A stretch of DNA of 63,359 nucleotides, counting the filler, from Octopus bimaculoides (Eukaryota): assembly GCF_001194135.2 (NCBI RefSeq). It is 8 parts of 7 records of this genome, joined end to end, with 100 filler letters (N's around TTAATTAATTAA, not from the genome) between each part and the next. Parts side by side here need not be neighbours in the genome. Positions count along the whole stretch, not along the records: positions 50,311 to 63,359 come from NC_068987.1; 7 more parts are not named here. One strand, written 5' to 3'. The translations under genes and the position numbers were made by a program. Shown here one piece after another: positions 51,884 to 63,075 of this stretch. The notes under the pieces are model-generated. The model made no database searches. It was not told the origin of the DNA and saw only the letters and a program-made list of their open reading frames with translations. Every line of letters starts with the position of its first letter. The stretch's first letter is position 1.

Positions 51884-53134
51884 ATTATTATTATTGTTGT
51901 GATTATTATTATTATTTTGTTGTTGCTGTTATCATTATTATTTCATATCTATATTATATCGTTTAAAAAAAAATATTTCTCAAATCATCGAAACAATACG
52001 AGGTTCGGAAACCGAGGATAGTTCTTCGTGAGATTAAAAGAAACAGTGTGTAAGACCGATATACAGACCGCATAAAACTATTAACACAATTCTCAGAGCA
52101 ATTTGACAGGAGACGCGATGACGAGAAGGCTTTCTTGCGCTGTGTCTGTGTGACTCACATCGTGGACATGATTCAAACAACTTAGGTATAATTGATAACA
52201 ACGTAAATGAACAATTAAACACCTCCTTCTCTAAACAACCCAAACATTAAACAAGGCTTTCTCTATTCACCTGAAAGTAGATTAGGTTCAATGCCTTACC
52301 AACTATTCCGATTATTATTTGACACAGTTTTGGATATACTTAGAATGAATATGAATATGTCAGTTGGTGGCTACGAGGATGGTGTCTAAAAGTAAGTGAA
52401 TTGGGGTTAATTATCTGGAAGCTAATTCATTGAGATAAAGTGTGCGCATATATATATATATANNNNNNNNNNNNNNNNNNNNNNNNNNNNNNNNNNNNNN
52501 NNNNATATATAGATAGATAGATAGATAAGCCAAGGCACTTATAGCAAATACATTCACAAACATTTTATACGATTTTTATATATGAAATAGGAAACGGGAT
52601 TAAGATTGTACGTGTTGAGACGTAAGAATATGAAGTGTCGTTTTATTGAAGAATTACGGCAGATTTATTCAAGAGGAAAATTAAATAAATCCGGTGTTAT
52701 CAGGTGTAAGTATAGAATGTTAGATGGTTAGGAATTTAAGTTGTGAAAGAGATTAAAATTATTAAACCCCGCCCTTTCTCTCTCTCTCTCACACACACAC
52801 ATATATTTTTATACATGCATACATACATACATACATACATACATAATACATAAATACGTGTGTGTGTGGGAGAGAGAAAGACTGTGTGTGTCAGTGTTCT
52901 GCAACATATGCGCGCTACAGTATAGATTCAATAAGCAGATGCACCCTGTAGGGCCATCATTGTTGACAAACACATCGTCAAGTAGTTGAAAAAAATACAG
53001 TTCTCTGACGATGTTTGCTAACTATTGCGTACATGCGTTGCAGAATACAGACACATTGAATAAAAACTTCCAATGAAACAATGTGCATGGGCATTGACCA
53101 GTTCATTGACCATGTTCCTTTTCTCTTAAACGTA

Positions 53135-53277
53135 CGAGGCTGGGCTGAAAAGTCCATAGGTTGACTGTGAAGGAGTGATGCCACAGCTATGAAATCTTGC
53201 GTGCGTTAATTTTAACACTTCTTAATAGCTACATTGGTAGTAAACTTTCTAGGTAAACTGACATCTCGTTGTTCATA
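53135..53277 (+). mobile_element. Mariner terminal fragment (TIR plus non-coding interior), running into a gap
   Basis: TA-cgaggctgggctgaaaagtccatagg, similar to the TIR at 10834. Confidence 0.6.
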
Positions 53278-53716
53278 TATNNNNNNNNNNNNNNNNNNNN
53301 NNNNNNNNNNNNNNNNNNNNNNNNNNNNNNNNNNNNNNNNNNNNNNNNNNNNNNNNNNNNNNNNNNNNNNNNNNNNNNNNNNNNNNNNNNNNNNNNNNNN
53401 NNNNNNNNNNNNNNNNNNNNNNNNNNNNNNNNNNNNNNNNNNNNNNNNNNNNNNNNNNNNNNNNNNNNNNNNNNNNNNNNNNNNNNNNNNNNNNNNNNNN
53501 NNNNNNNNNNNNNNNNNNNNNNNNNNNNNNNNNNNNNNNNNNNNNNNNNNNNNNNNNNNNNNNNNNNNNNNNNNNNNNNNNNNNNNNNNNNNNNNNNNNN
53601 NNNNNNNNNNNNNNNNNNNNNNNNNNNNNNNNNNNNNNNNNNNNNNNNNNNNNNNNNNNTAAAAGAGTAAAAGAATATCTTTTATTCTTTAACTTATATA
53701 CATACACACACACACA

Positions 53717-53800
<84 letters not shown>

Positions 53801-55158
53801 CGCATACTCATCCACCCATCCACCCCATACGAATCATTGAGGTGAAACGTAATAAGCTCTTTCTACAATACAAACACTGTTTTTTAATCCTTGGCAACCT
53901 ACAATTTCATTCATCATATATTGTCCTTCCATTTATATACACTTATATATATATATATCTATGTGTGTGTGTGTGTGTGTACAGGAAATACTTAAATACT
54001 AAATGAATGAAATTGTAAGCTGCCACGGATTAAAATACAGGTATAGTAGGAGCTTATTACGTTACCCCGCGCTGATTCATGAATAGAAATGCGAATGACA
54101 GGAATACAAAAGAAAAGACATTTATAGCACTAAGAGTTACGAACTGAAAAAATTGTGTGAAAATAACGATTCATGGACTCCATTGGTAATGTAAATTGTA
54201 TTTTAATTTCGATTAGAATAGAAAATTAATAGGGAAATAGAAAACGGAGTGAACCTAGATATGGTTGTTAATTTAATTATACGCGCATTGAAGAGGAAAA
54301 TATCTTAATGATAAATTTTAATTAAAAAATAAATGTCATGCCTATTTGAATCGAGACTCTTGATTCAAATAGGTATAACTCCAAGAACGAATACAATGGT
54401 CCTAAAATGATAACTAAGAGAAAATCTATGTGCTTCTAACGTCTTTTTAAGTTTTTATATCAGCTGCTGATGAGTATTACGATTTTCTATTTATGAATAT
54501 TTAAGTCTTTTTGTATGAAACAAATTGTATAGCAGCATGACAAATAAAAACTATAATCCATTTTAAAAACTATAATCCATTACATAAATATGAAGGATTT
54601 TGTTGAACTGTGTTTAATAAGATAAATCATACACTGATTATTTCTATACAAATTTTCATATCTACACTAATTTACACTAGTAAATTCAAAAGTACACAAT
54701 GAAGAAAAGACATTAGAAATCTTTGGAAATAATTCCAATTAAACGACAAACATATTCATCCGTTAAAAAATATATTTGAAAATATATATGATATATATAT
54801 ATATANNNNNNNNNNNNNNNNNNNNNNNNNNNNNNNNNNNNNNNNNNNNNNNNNNNNNNNNNNNNNNNNNNNNNNNNNNNNNNNNNNNNNNNNNNNNNNN
54901 NNNNNNNNNNNNNNNNNNNNNNNNNNNNNNNNNNNNNNNNNNNNNNNNNNNNNNNNNNNNNNNNNNNNNNNNNNNNNNNNNNNNNNNNNNNNNNNNNNNN
55001 NNNNNNNNNNNNNNNNNNNNNNNNNNNNNNNNNNNNNNNNNNNNNNNNNNNNNNNNNNNNNNNNNNNNNNNNNNNNNNNNNNNNNNNNNNNNNNNNNNNN
55101 NNNNNNNNNNNNNNNNNNNNNNNNNNNNNNNNNNNNNNNNNNNNNNNNNNNNNNNNNN

Positions 55159-55472
55159 AACTGGCGATGCAAGTGCTTGATTACGTCGTACGATGGTGCA
55201 TCGTCACCATAAACTTCTTTCATCTCATCGAAAGTCACTTTTGGTGCACGACCTTTCAAGTATAAGAACCTGATCACTGATCTGCATTCAACTGTCGCCA
55301 TTATAACAACACTTTAGTCCAATTCAGCAGCCGTAAAAGACAAACGAATACTAGTGGAGAGCTGCAATTTACAATGTTACATGTAGAGACATGCATGATT
55401 ATATCTGTACAAGTTCCGTTTCCTGCAATAACTCGAAGTGGTCAGGGGAAATCTTTAATGAACACCTGTCGT
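55159..55472 (-). mobile_element. Mariner 5' end with transposase N-terminus
   Basis: ATG at 55301: MATVECRSVIRFLYLKGRAPKVTFDEMKEVYGDDAPSYDVIKHLHRQ (mariner HTH; cf. R.VI.FL..KG.....I..EM..VYG..APS...VK.W...F); TIR-like end near 55470. Confidence 0.8.
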
Positions 55473-55507
55473 GTATGTGTGTATGTGTGTATATGTGTGT
55501 GTGTGTA

Positions 55508-55538
<31 letters not shown>

Positions 55539-55875
55539 NNNNNNNNNNNNNNNNNNNNNNNNNNNNNNNNNNNNNNNNNNNNNNNNNNNNNNNNNNNNNN
55601 NNNNNNNNNNNNNNNNNNNNNNNNNNNNNNNNNNNNNNNNNNNNNNNNNNNNNNNNNNNNNNNNNNNNNNNNNNNNNNNNNNNNNNNNNNNNNNNNNNNN
55701 NNNNNNNNNNNNNNNNNNNNNNNNNNNNNNNNNNNNNNNNNNNNNNNNNNNNNNNNNNNNNNNNNNNNNNNNNNNNNNNNNNNNNNNNNNNNNNNNNNNN
55801 NNNNNNNNNNNNNNNNNNNNNNNNNNNNNNNNNNNNNNNNNNNNNNNNNNNNNNNNNNNNNNNNNNNNNCATATA

Positions 55876-56034
55876 AGACGAGTTTCGTTCAGTTTCCGTA
55901 TACCAAATCCACTCACAAGGATTTGGTCGGCTCGCGGCTAGAGTAGAAGACACTTGCGCAAGGTCCCACGGAGTAGGACTGAACTCGGTACCATGTAGCT
56001 GGAAAGCAAGCTTCTTACCACACAGCCACTCCTG
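55876..56034 (-). mobile_element. SINE family B 5' part
   Basis: ccaaatccactcacaagg...agtagaagacacttgcgcaagg...cttaccacacagccactcctg matches 56941-57070. Confidence 0.8.
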
Positions 56035-56167
56035 TTTGTATAGAAAGTACAGGTATGAGGAGAGAAGAAAAGAGTAAAGTTGAGAGGGAGAGGGAGAGAG
56101 AGAGAGACAGAGACAGAGAGAGAAAGAGAACGACAGAGAGGAAGAAAGGGAGAGGAAGAGAGAGAGA

Positions 56168-56207
<40 letters not shown>

Positions 56208-56750
56208 TATTTTTAGCAAGAGAGATGGATATCAATGCGCATAGTTATTTACCAGATGCTATCGTATCAACTTGTGTAAAGTTATCTGAGAAATATCTAA
56301 ATTCTAAATTACTTCCGCCCAGCTATTGATCTTTCCAACGAAACGCCGCCTATGCCTAAACAGCCAGCATCCTGTAAGGGTTACAATCGTTTAGAACTAG
56401 ACTAAATCAAGCGTTTAGGTGTCAGTTGAAGAAAGATATAAGCTTTTATAAAAGAAATCTCACCGACTACTCACTGGTAACATGGCTGCCGAAAGTGTTC
56501 TCGTTGACCAGCGAATGTCCTTGGTGGAAAGTTGTTCATAATCAGAGGGTTTTAAAATGGCTTATGATATTTACTCTTTTTGTATACTTACATACACTAC
56601 ATACATACATATATACATACATACACACACACATACATGTGTATGTATACATGCACATATGTATGTATATGTATACATATTCTTGTTCACTAAGTTGATT
56701 CAGCCATGCGGCTGCGGTTATAATGGAGCACCACCGTACGTTTATATATG

Positions 56751-56803
<53 letters not shown>

Positions 56804-56805
<2 letters not shown>

Positions 56806-56936
56806 AGGCGCGTGACCTAGTGCTTTGGGTGTCACCACGATGATCGTAAGATTGTGGTTTCGATTCCTGGCAAAAATGAGTAACGCAAAAATGAGTAACG
56901 CTGCGATGGACTGGCGTCCCGTCTAGCTGGAGAACA
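56804..56936 (+). mobile_element. SINE family C with internal deletion and 15-bp tandem duplication
   Basis: Head as at 59542; jumps attcctgg|caaaaatgag; gcaaaaatgagtaac repeated at 56870 and 56885. Confidence 0.8.
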
Positions 56937-56940
56937 AAAT

Positions 56941-57070
56941 TCACTCACAAGGCTTTGGTCAGCCCGAGGCTATAGTAGAAGACATTTGCCCAAGGTGTCA
57001 CGCAGTGGGACTGAACCCGGAACCATGTGGTTGGTAAGCAAGCTACTTACCACACAGCAACTCCTACGCC
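56941..57070 (-). mobile_element. SINE family B 5' part
   Basis: Minus strand ggcgtaggagttgctgtgtggtaagtagcttgcttaccaaccacatggttccgggttcagtccc, with A- and B-box-like motifs. Confidence 0.85.
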
Positions 57071-58493
57071 TATACTGGATATTTTTTCTATTATTTTTAT
57101 AATTTGCATATATTTATTTCATCATAATTGCAAAACACTACGGAGGAATCGACGTAAGCTTAAATAATACATCGCGATATGGCGAGGGATTACTGTAATA
57201 CTCACCAGACCTTTTCTTTCCATTAAGTCACATGATCCAGTTGCTTGCTAAACTAGTTGCATGTATTGGTCGGTTAGTAAATGTCCAATCGCGCGTTTGC
57301 GAGTTTGTTTTCAACGCTGGGAAGACCACTTTGTCTCTGGAGCCTACCAAAGGTTATAAAAGCCCTTGTCTTGTGCCTCGCTTGGTCTTTGGCAGCAGCC
57401 ATTGACCACACACCACGTCTCTTTGGACCATCGTCGATGAACCAGAAATTCAGCCTGTCTCAGAGATTTCTTCAACCAGCCTTCGGTCTTCAACGTTACC
57501 GCAACAGACAGCAGACCACAGCTACACCAACAGGCCCAGCAGAACTGAAGGCATATAAATCCTTGTTCCAGACTGTAATATAGCCATCATTTTCTTTTGG
57601 CAACCTTATTCTTATAACGAGAGGAATAAATCGTCGCTTATTCAACTTATCCATGTCTTATCGTTTGCCACTTTTTTCTTCGTTATAGAAGCATACAAAG
57701 GCAACAGGAAACCACCTTTCAAAATTCTCTGAAATGAATATAGCACTTGTTAAGGAAGTCAGCAAATAAGAAAATATACCTGTGTGTGTGTGTGTGTTTG
57801 TGTGTGTTTGCGCATGTGCGTGCGTGTGTATATAGACTATTGGAAGTTATGCGCCGCTGGTCACAAAGCGCTTCCTCGCATTGTTATCGCTTTCAAATGA
57901 TGCTACTTCACTGGTTTGGCAGGCAGGCCAATTTATATATATGCATGAGCATGCGCGTGAGCCCAAGTATAAAATACGAGTGCATATATGTATCGGAGGT
58001 GACATATTTCGTCTAAGCATGGTTGTGAATACAGCTTATTGATAAGGCACAACTAAGCAGAAATGCGCAACTAGCGTTCTCAATAGCCGCTGCTGAGATG
58101 ATTTTTATCTCTGATATGTATATATTGTGTTTTTAACCACAGCCCGTACATAAAAGATTTTTATGCTTGGGTGAATAAATTGCATTTCAACGATGTATTT
58201 ACATAAAGTATGGTACATAGATGGCTATTTTATTTTAAGACTGCTTCAATTGCATATAACGATAGGCGGAGAATTTTAACTGAAGTATGGTGACAAAAGG
58301 TATCTCTGAGTGACTGTTATTGTTGTTGATGATGTTCAACCCTAAGCTGACTCTAGCTGAGGAGAACTGTGATCAAAACCATTCGACTCATAACTATGCC
58401 GGCATTTTCTTATTCGCAAGAAGCCCAGGAATTGTTACGAAATCCAATAAGACTAAAAATCTGGGTCGGAATCTATGAACCAGTTAAGATGAT

Positions 58494-58916
58494 AGAATAT
58501 GATTTGAGAGATTGGCAGAAACGTTAGCGAAATGCTTAGCGGTATTTCGTCTGCCGCTACGTTCTGAGTTCAAATTCCGCCGATGTCGACTTTGCCTTTC
58601 ATCCATTCGGGGTCGATAAATTAAGTACCAGTTGCGTACTGCGGTCGCTCTAATCGACTGGCCCTCTCCCACCAAATTTCAGGCCTTGTGCCTAGATTAG
58701 AAAGGCTGGCAGAGTATGATTTGAGAAATTGGCGGAACCGTTAGCGCGCCAGGCGAAATGCTTAGCGGCATTTCGTCTGCCGCTACATTCTGAGTTCAAA
58801 TTCCGCCGATGTCGGCTTTGCCTTTCATCCTTTCGGGATCGATAAATTAAGTACCAGTTGCGTACTGTGGTTATTCTAATCGACTGGCCCCTCCTCCCAC
58901 CAAATTTCAGGCCTTG
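58494..58916 (+). mobile_element. Two family A SINE copies produced by tandem duplication (period 217 bp)
   Basis: Both copies are preceded by aga(a/g)tatgatttgaga and share ccgccgATgtcg and caccaaatttcaggccttg variants. Confidence 0.85.
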
Positions 58917-59541
58917 TTTCCTGTTTACAGCAGACTGAACGACATCGTAAAGGCGTTGTTGTTAGTTTGGCGATGACTTAGTTGCGAGCAGTTATTATGA
59001 ATGGTTGATGAAAATTACGATAAAAGTCACGCGAAATATTAAAAAGCATTTTTTAAATCACTCGAGATCGGCAGGTGACTTTTGTTTTATACATTTCATG
59101 TTTTCACTAACCACAATCAGTGGATGTCAACATATTTTACTAACATTTTATTTCCTTCAGTTTTTGTCAGTCCTCTTTTCACATCTCTCTCTCTTTCTCT
59201 CCCTATCTCTCCTTCTCTCTCTCTCTCTTTCTCTCTCTCCCTCTCTATCTCTTGTTTTTACTTTCTCTCGCTTCTTTTATCTCTCTTTGTCCTGCTTAAT
59301 ATCATAACAGAGCGTATATTTTAAATACTAAATGAAAAGTATAGTTATATAAAATTTCGCCGTGAACATTTTTGTCTAAGGAAACCTCACCATAAGGAAT
59401 CGCATTTTAAATGACTCCATCACATTTTTTTGCATGTTTGACGTTGAATAAAGACTTGTCTGTTTAATGCTTTTATAAAGCCTTTTATCATTCTATTTTT
59501 ATTTCATTTTTAAAAATACGCTTCATTATTTCTTACGGCGT

Positions 59542-59771
59542 GGAGGCGCGTGGCTTAGTGGTTAGGGTGTCAGTATCATGATCATAAGATTGTGGTTTCG
59601 ATTCCTGGACAACTCGTTGTGTTCTTGAGCAAAACACTTCATTTCACGTTGCTCCAGTCCACTCAGCTGGCAAAAATGAGTAACGTTGGCATCCCGTCCA
59701 GCTGGGGAACAGATACGCCATTGAAACCGGGAAACCGGGCCCATGAGCCTGGCTAGTCTTTAAAAGGGCGC
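59542..59771 (+). mobile_element. tRNA-derived SINE, family C, near full length
   Basis: A-box tggcttagtgg, B-box gtttcgattcc, core ttgagcaaaacacttcatttcacgttgctccagtccactcagctggcaaaaatgag, distinct tail. Confidence 0.88.
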
Positions 59772-60202
59772 CTTTAATTTATTTTATTTCTTACGACAAA
59801 TATTCCGGATACTGTAAAGTGTCTTTTTTTTCTTTTTTTTTTATATAATTTTGTTCCCGACAAGATTTGGGGCTATTTAGCATAAGAGACCGCAAAAAAA
59901 AAAGAAGAGAAAAGGATCACAAATTCAAAAGATATCGATTGACTGGAAGTTCAAAAGATAGAATATCACAGATAAGCTGAAAACAAGATGGTGGCAATGG
60001 GTTTTAGAGAGCAGCAGTTGGAGAAAAGAAAATAAGACGATGTTTAGAAGAGAAATGGCCAAATAGATAAGGCAATTAGACTATTGGCTCATAAATTTTG
60101 AATAGACAGGGAGGTTGTACAATAAAAATAAGCTTTGTGATAGCCAGATCTTTGACTGGATAGTGCCTTCTAGTAAGCACTTAACTAACAAATTAACTTA
60201 TT

Positions 60203-60476
60203 GGTACTCCGTCGGTTATGGCGATGAGTGTTCCATTTGATCCGATCAACGAGATAGCTTGATCGTGAAATTAACTCCGCAAACACGCGAACCCTTAACG
60301 TAACTCTCAGGGAAAGTCAACGTGACACAGAATGTGACAAGGCTGGTTCTTTTGCATTAGAAGTAGAACTCATTTTTGCCAGCTGAGTGGACTGGAAATG
60401 AGGTGTCTTGCTCAAGGACACAATGGTCCGCCGGGAATTGAACTCACGGCCTTACAATCCCTAATTACTAAGCCGT
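60203..60476 (-). mobile_element. SINE family D
   Basis: Matches 20577-20864 in core and tail. Confidence 0.8.
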
Positions 60477-60831
60477 CTTCACTTAGCACTTAATCACTTC
60501 AAAAATGGTACCAAGAAAAGATATAGAGCCACTCTCTCCTCCCAAGCTTTCTTCTAACATTTTCAGATTAAATTTCCAAGAACACCTATTCAATTATCCA
60601 ACTACCTAATCCGATGACTAATTAAGCGGTTAATTGGCTGAACATTTGTAATCAGAGGTTAAGTATTTTTCGCTGACACACAACCCCAATAGAATGTAAA
60701 TTTGTTTTTGTGGGTTAACGTTGAATACACGATTATGGTAATTAAAACGTTTGTAAATTATCGTTTTTCTGTTTGGCATGAGGTTAAAGTAGAAAGCGAA
60801 CACAACCAAATGTTTCTGAGTTGTTTAACTA

Positions 60832-61024
60832 TGGAGTAAAGATTGTTTGCCAACATAACATGGCAGTCCTGGTTTAGGACGAATATTGCTGTAATTTAGC
60901 CTCAGGAGACATCGTCTCCAGCTGGCTATACGACACGATCTGTGTCCTTACATTTTCATCCTAAACTTTACATTCGTCCTAAACCAGGACTGCCATGTTA
61001 TGTTGGCAAGCAATCTTTACTCCA
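60832..61024. mobile_element. Foldback MITE-like element with 53-bp inverted repeats
   Basis: Arms 60832-60884 and 60972-61024 are reverse complements with 1 mismatch; spacer 87 bp; superfamily not assignable. Confidence 0.7.
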
Positions 61025-61123
61025 AAGAACTGTTGCTGAATATCTCACGTGGTGAGATTTACAAATAGTAATTTTCTAGTTCTTTTGTTTAAATATGATG
61101 CAGATTTATAGAATTATAGCAAA

Positions 61124-61317
61124 GGCAGTGAGCTGATAGAAAGGTTAACAGGCCGGACAAAATGCCTAGCGGTATTTCATCCGTCTTTAGGTTCCACCGA
61201 CGTCGACTTCTCCTTTCATTCTTTCGGGGTCGATGAAATAATACTAGTTGAACACTGGGGTCGATGTAATCGACTTTCACCTACCCCGAAGTTGCTGGCC
61301 GTGTATCAAAATTTGAA
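61124..61317 (+). mobile_element. SINE family A
   Basis: ggcagtgagctg...ctttcattctttcggggtcgat...aaaatttgaa. Confidence 0.8.
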
Positions 61318-61318
61318 A

Positions 61319-61405
61319 GGCGGTGAGCTAGCTGAATCGTTAGCGCACCGAACGAAATGTTTAGCGGCATCTCATCTGTCCTAATGTTCTGAGTTCAAAT
61401 ACCAC
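61319..61405 (+). mobile_element. SINE family A 5' fragment abutting the previous copy
   Basis: ggcggtgagctagctgaatcgttagc...ttctgagttcaaatacc. Confidence 0.75.
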
Positions 61406-61634
61406 CAAACATTTGCTGTAATACTCTCGCTATTCTGATGATCCCTAGCTCCATTGCAATCCGATAAGCTTGCGCTGAACAAATTATTGTTCTATTGTAT
61501 TTATGACAGTAAAAATGGCCAGGGAATGTCTTTAACTTTATGGAAAGGACATCGTTCTTTACGGCTAGGTTTGAAGAACCTCGGTCATTCGCCAATGTTA
61601 TCAAACTTCGTCGATTCGTCGATATGTATTAAAG

Positions 61635-61713
<79 letters not shown>

Positions 61714-62430
61714 CACACACATACTCTCTCACACACACACATACTCTCTCACACACACAAATACTCTCTCTCTCGCTCACACACAAAATTGCACCTACAT
61801 GCACACATATACATGCATTCATACATAGGACAGCTTCCGTCTCTCAGATATGCCTCACAAAATTAAACAGAAGACATTTGTCCAAGGTACTACGCAGAGG
61901 GCTTGAACTTGAAATCTTGAGGTTTCTAAGGTGAATTTCATAGGCACACAGTTTTTTTTTATGATTGTAGCATTCAGTATGTTAACACTAACTTAACAAT
62001 AGAAATCATTATTATTTGTAACAGCTAAATTACAGCAAAATAAGGTTAATGAAAACATGATAGATTTCATCTTTCCTCGTTAGATAATGATAGTTTCAGG
62101 CAATAAATAAGTAAATAAATAAATAAATAAATAAATAGAAAATAATTATTAACGACAGAAGCAGTATTTGTGCCAAAAGGCAGTCTTTATAGCCACCTAA
62201 ACATTGATATTTATTTAGAACGCAGAATACTGTGGTTTTCGACTTGAGAGGGCCACTCACATGAACGCATGGTGCATTAAAGCAAACATATTTATGTCGT
62301 TAGTAGATGAAAATTGTTTGCTATGGGCATCGGAACTGGCAAATCACATGATTTCGATCTACTGTGTCTCTTCAATGACAGCTGACCGCTAGCTGCATAC
62401 CAGTCAAATCTCACTACGCCATATGCCCAC

Positions 62431-62713
62431 GGGCATATGGTGTAGTGGTTAAGAGCGCAGGCTACTAACCCCAAAATTCCGAGTTCGATTCCAGGCAGTG
62501 ACCTGAATAATAATAATAATAATAATAATAACAACAACAATATCGAAAAATACCTTAGGAATGAGAACCCAGGTTCGAAAATTCTCCAAGACACCTGATG
62601 AAGGCTGGAGGGTATATCAGCCGAAACGGTGTGTTAACAACAAACAAGATGAGGACAAAATCCGTCAAAATGTAAATAACGTAAATAATGTACATAATTC
62701 CTCATCTCTTAAA
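62431..62713 (+). mobile_element. tRNA-headed (Pol III) element carrying a hammerhead-ribozyme module
   Basis: A-box TGGTGTAGTGG (62438-62448), ACT anticodon-loop remnant ctACTaa, B-box GTTCGATTCC (62483-62492), (AAT)n(AAC)n spacer, then the hammerhead fold; the right boundary is interrupted by a MITE. Confidence 0.6.
62590..62635 (+). ncRNA. Minimal type I hammerhead ribozyme motif (Penelope-type); this copy has a variant at 16.1
   Basis: Stem I GACAC/GTGTT, core CTGATGA(A), stem II GGCTG/CAGCC with a 10-nt loop, GAAA, then CG-G-T. Confidence 0.7.
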
Positions 62714-62714
62714 T

Positions 62715-62940
62715 TTGTTGTCCGGAAAGTTCGTGCCGATTTTTAAAGGAAAGAAAATGGTCAATAAATACTTGCCATTACATTTTTAATCAGCCAAATA
62801 TGAACCATTTTGTTGCACAATGCGTCTCCATCTTTCCTTTAACTTGAAAATACCCTCTTCCCAGAATTGAGGTGGTTTCATGGCAAATAAGTCGAAAGGT
62901 AAGCTACTATAAATGGGCACGAACTTTCCGGACAACCCAA
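62715..62940 (-). mobile_element. Mariner-derived MITE (~225 bp)
   Basis: Perfect 21-bp IR gttgtccggaaagttcgtgcc (62717-62737 / 62916-62936); interior on minus encodes FDLFAMKPPQFWEEGIFKLKERWRRIVQQNGSYLAD*, a mariner C-terminus. Confidence 0.85.
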
Positions 62941-63032
62941 CAGGACTGTATAGTTGAATCAAACTGTTTTGATCCATACAAGTAACTCCCATTAAATTGG
63001 TTGAGTGCCCTTCTTTCGTTTGTCCACTCACT

Positions 63033-63072
<40 letters not shown>

Positions 63073-63075
<3 letters not shown>

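Noticed and set aside
62431-62503. Functional tRNA-Ser(ACT) gene
   Set aside because: Acceptor, anticodon and T stems do not pair, so it is a SINE-type head. The same applies to all other A/B-box heads in the window.
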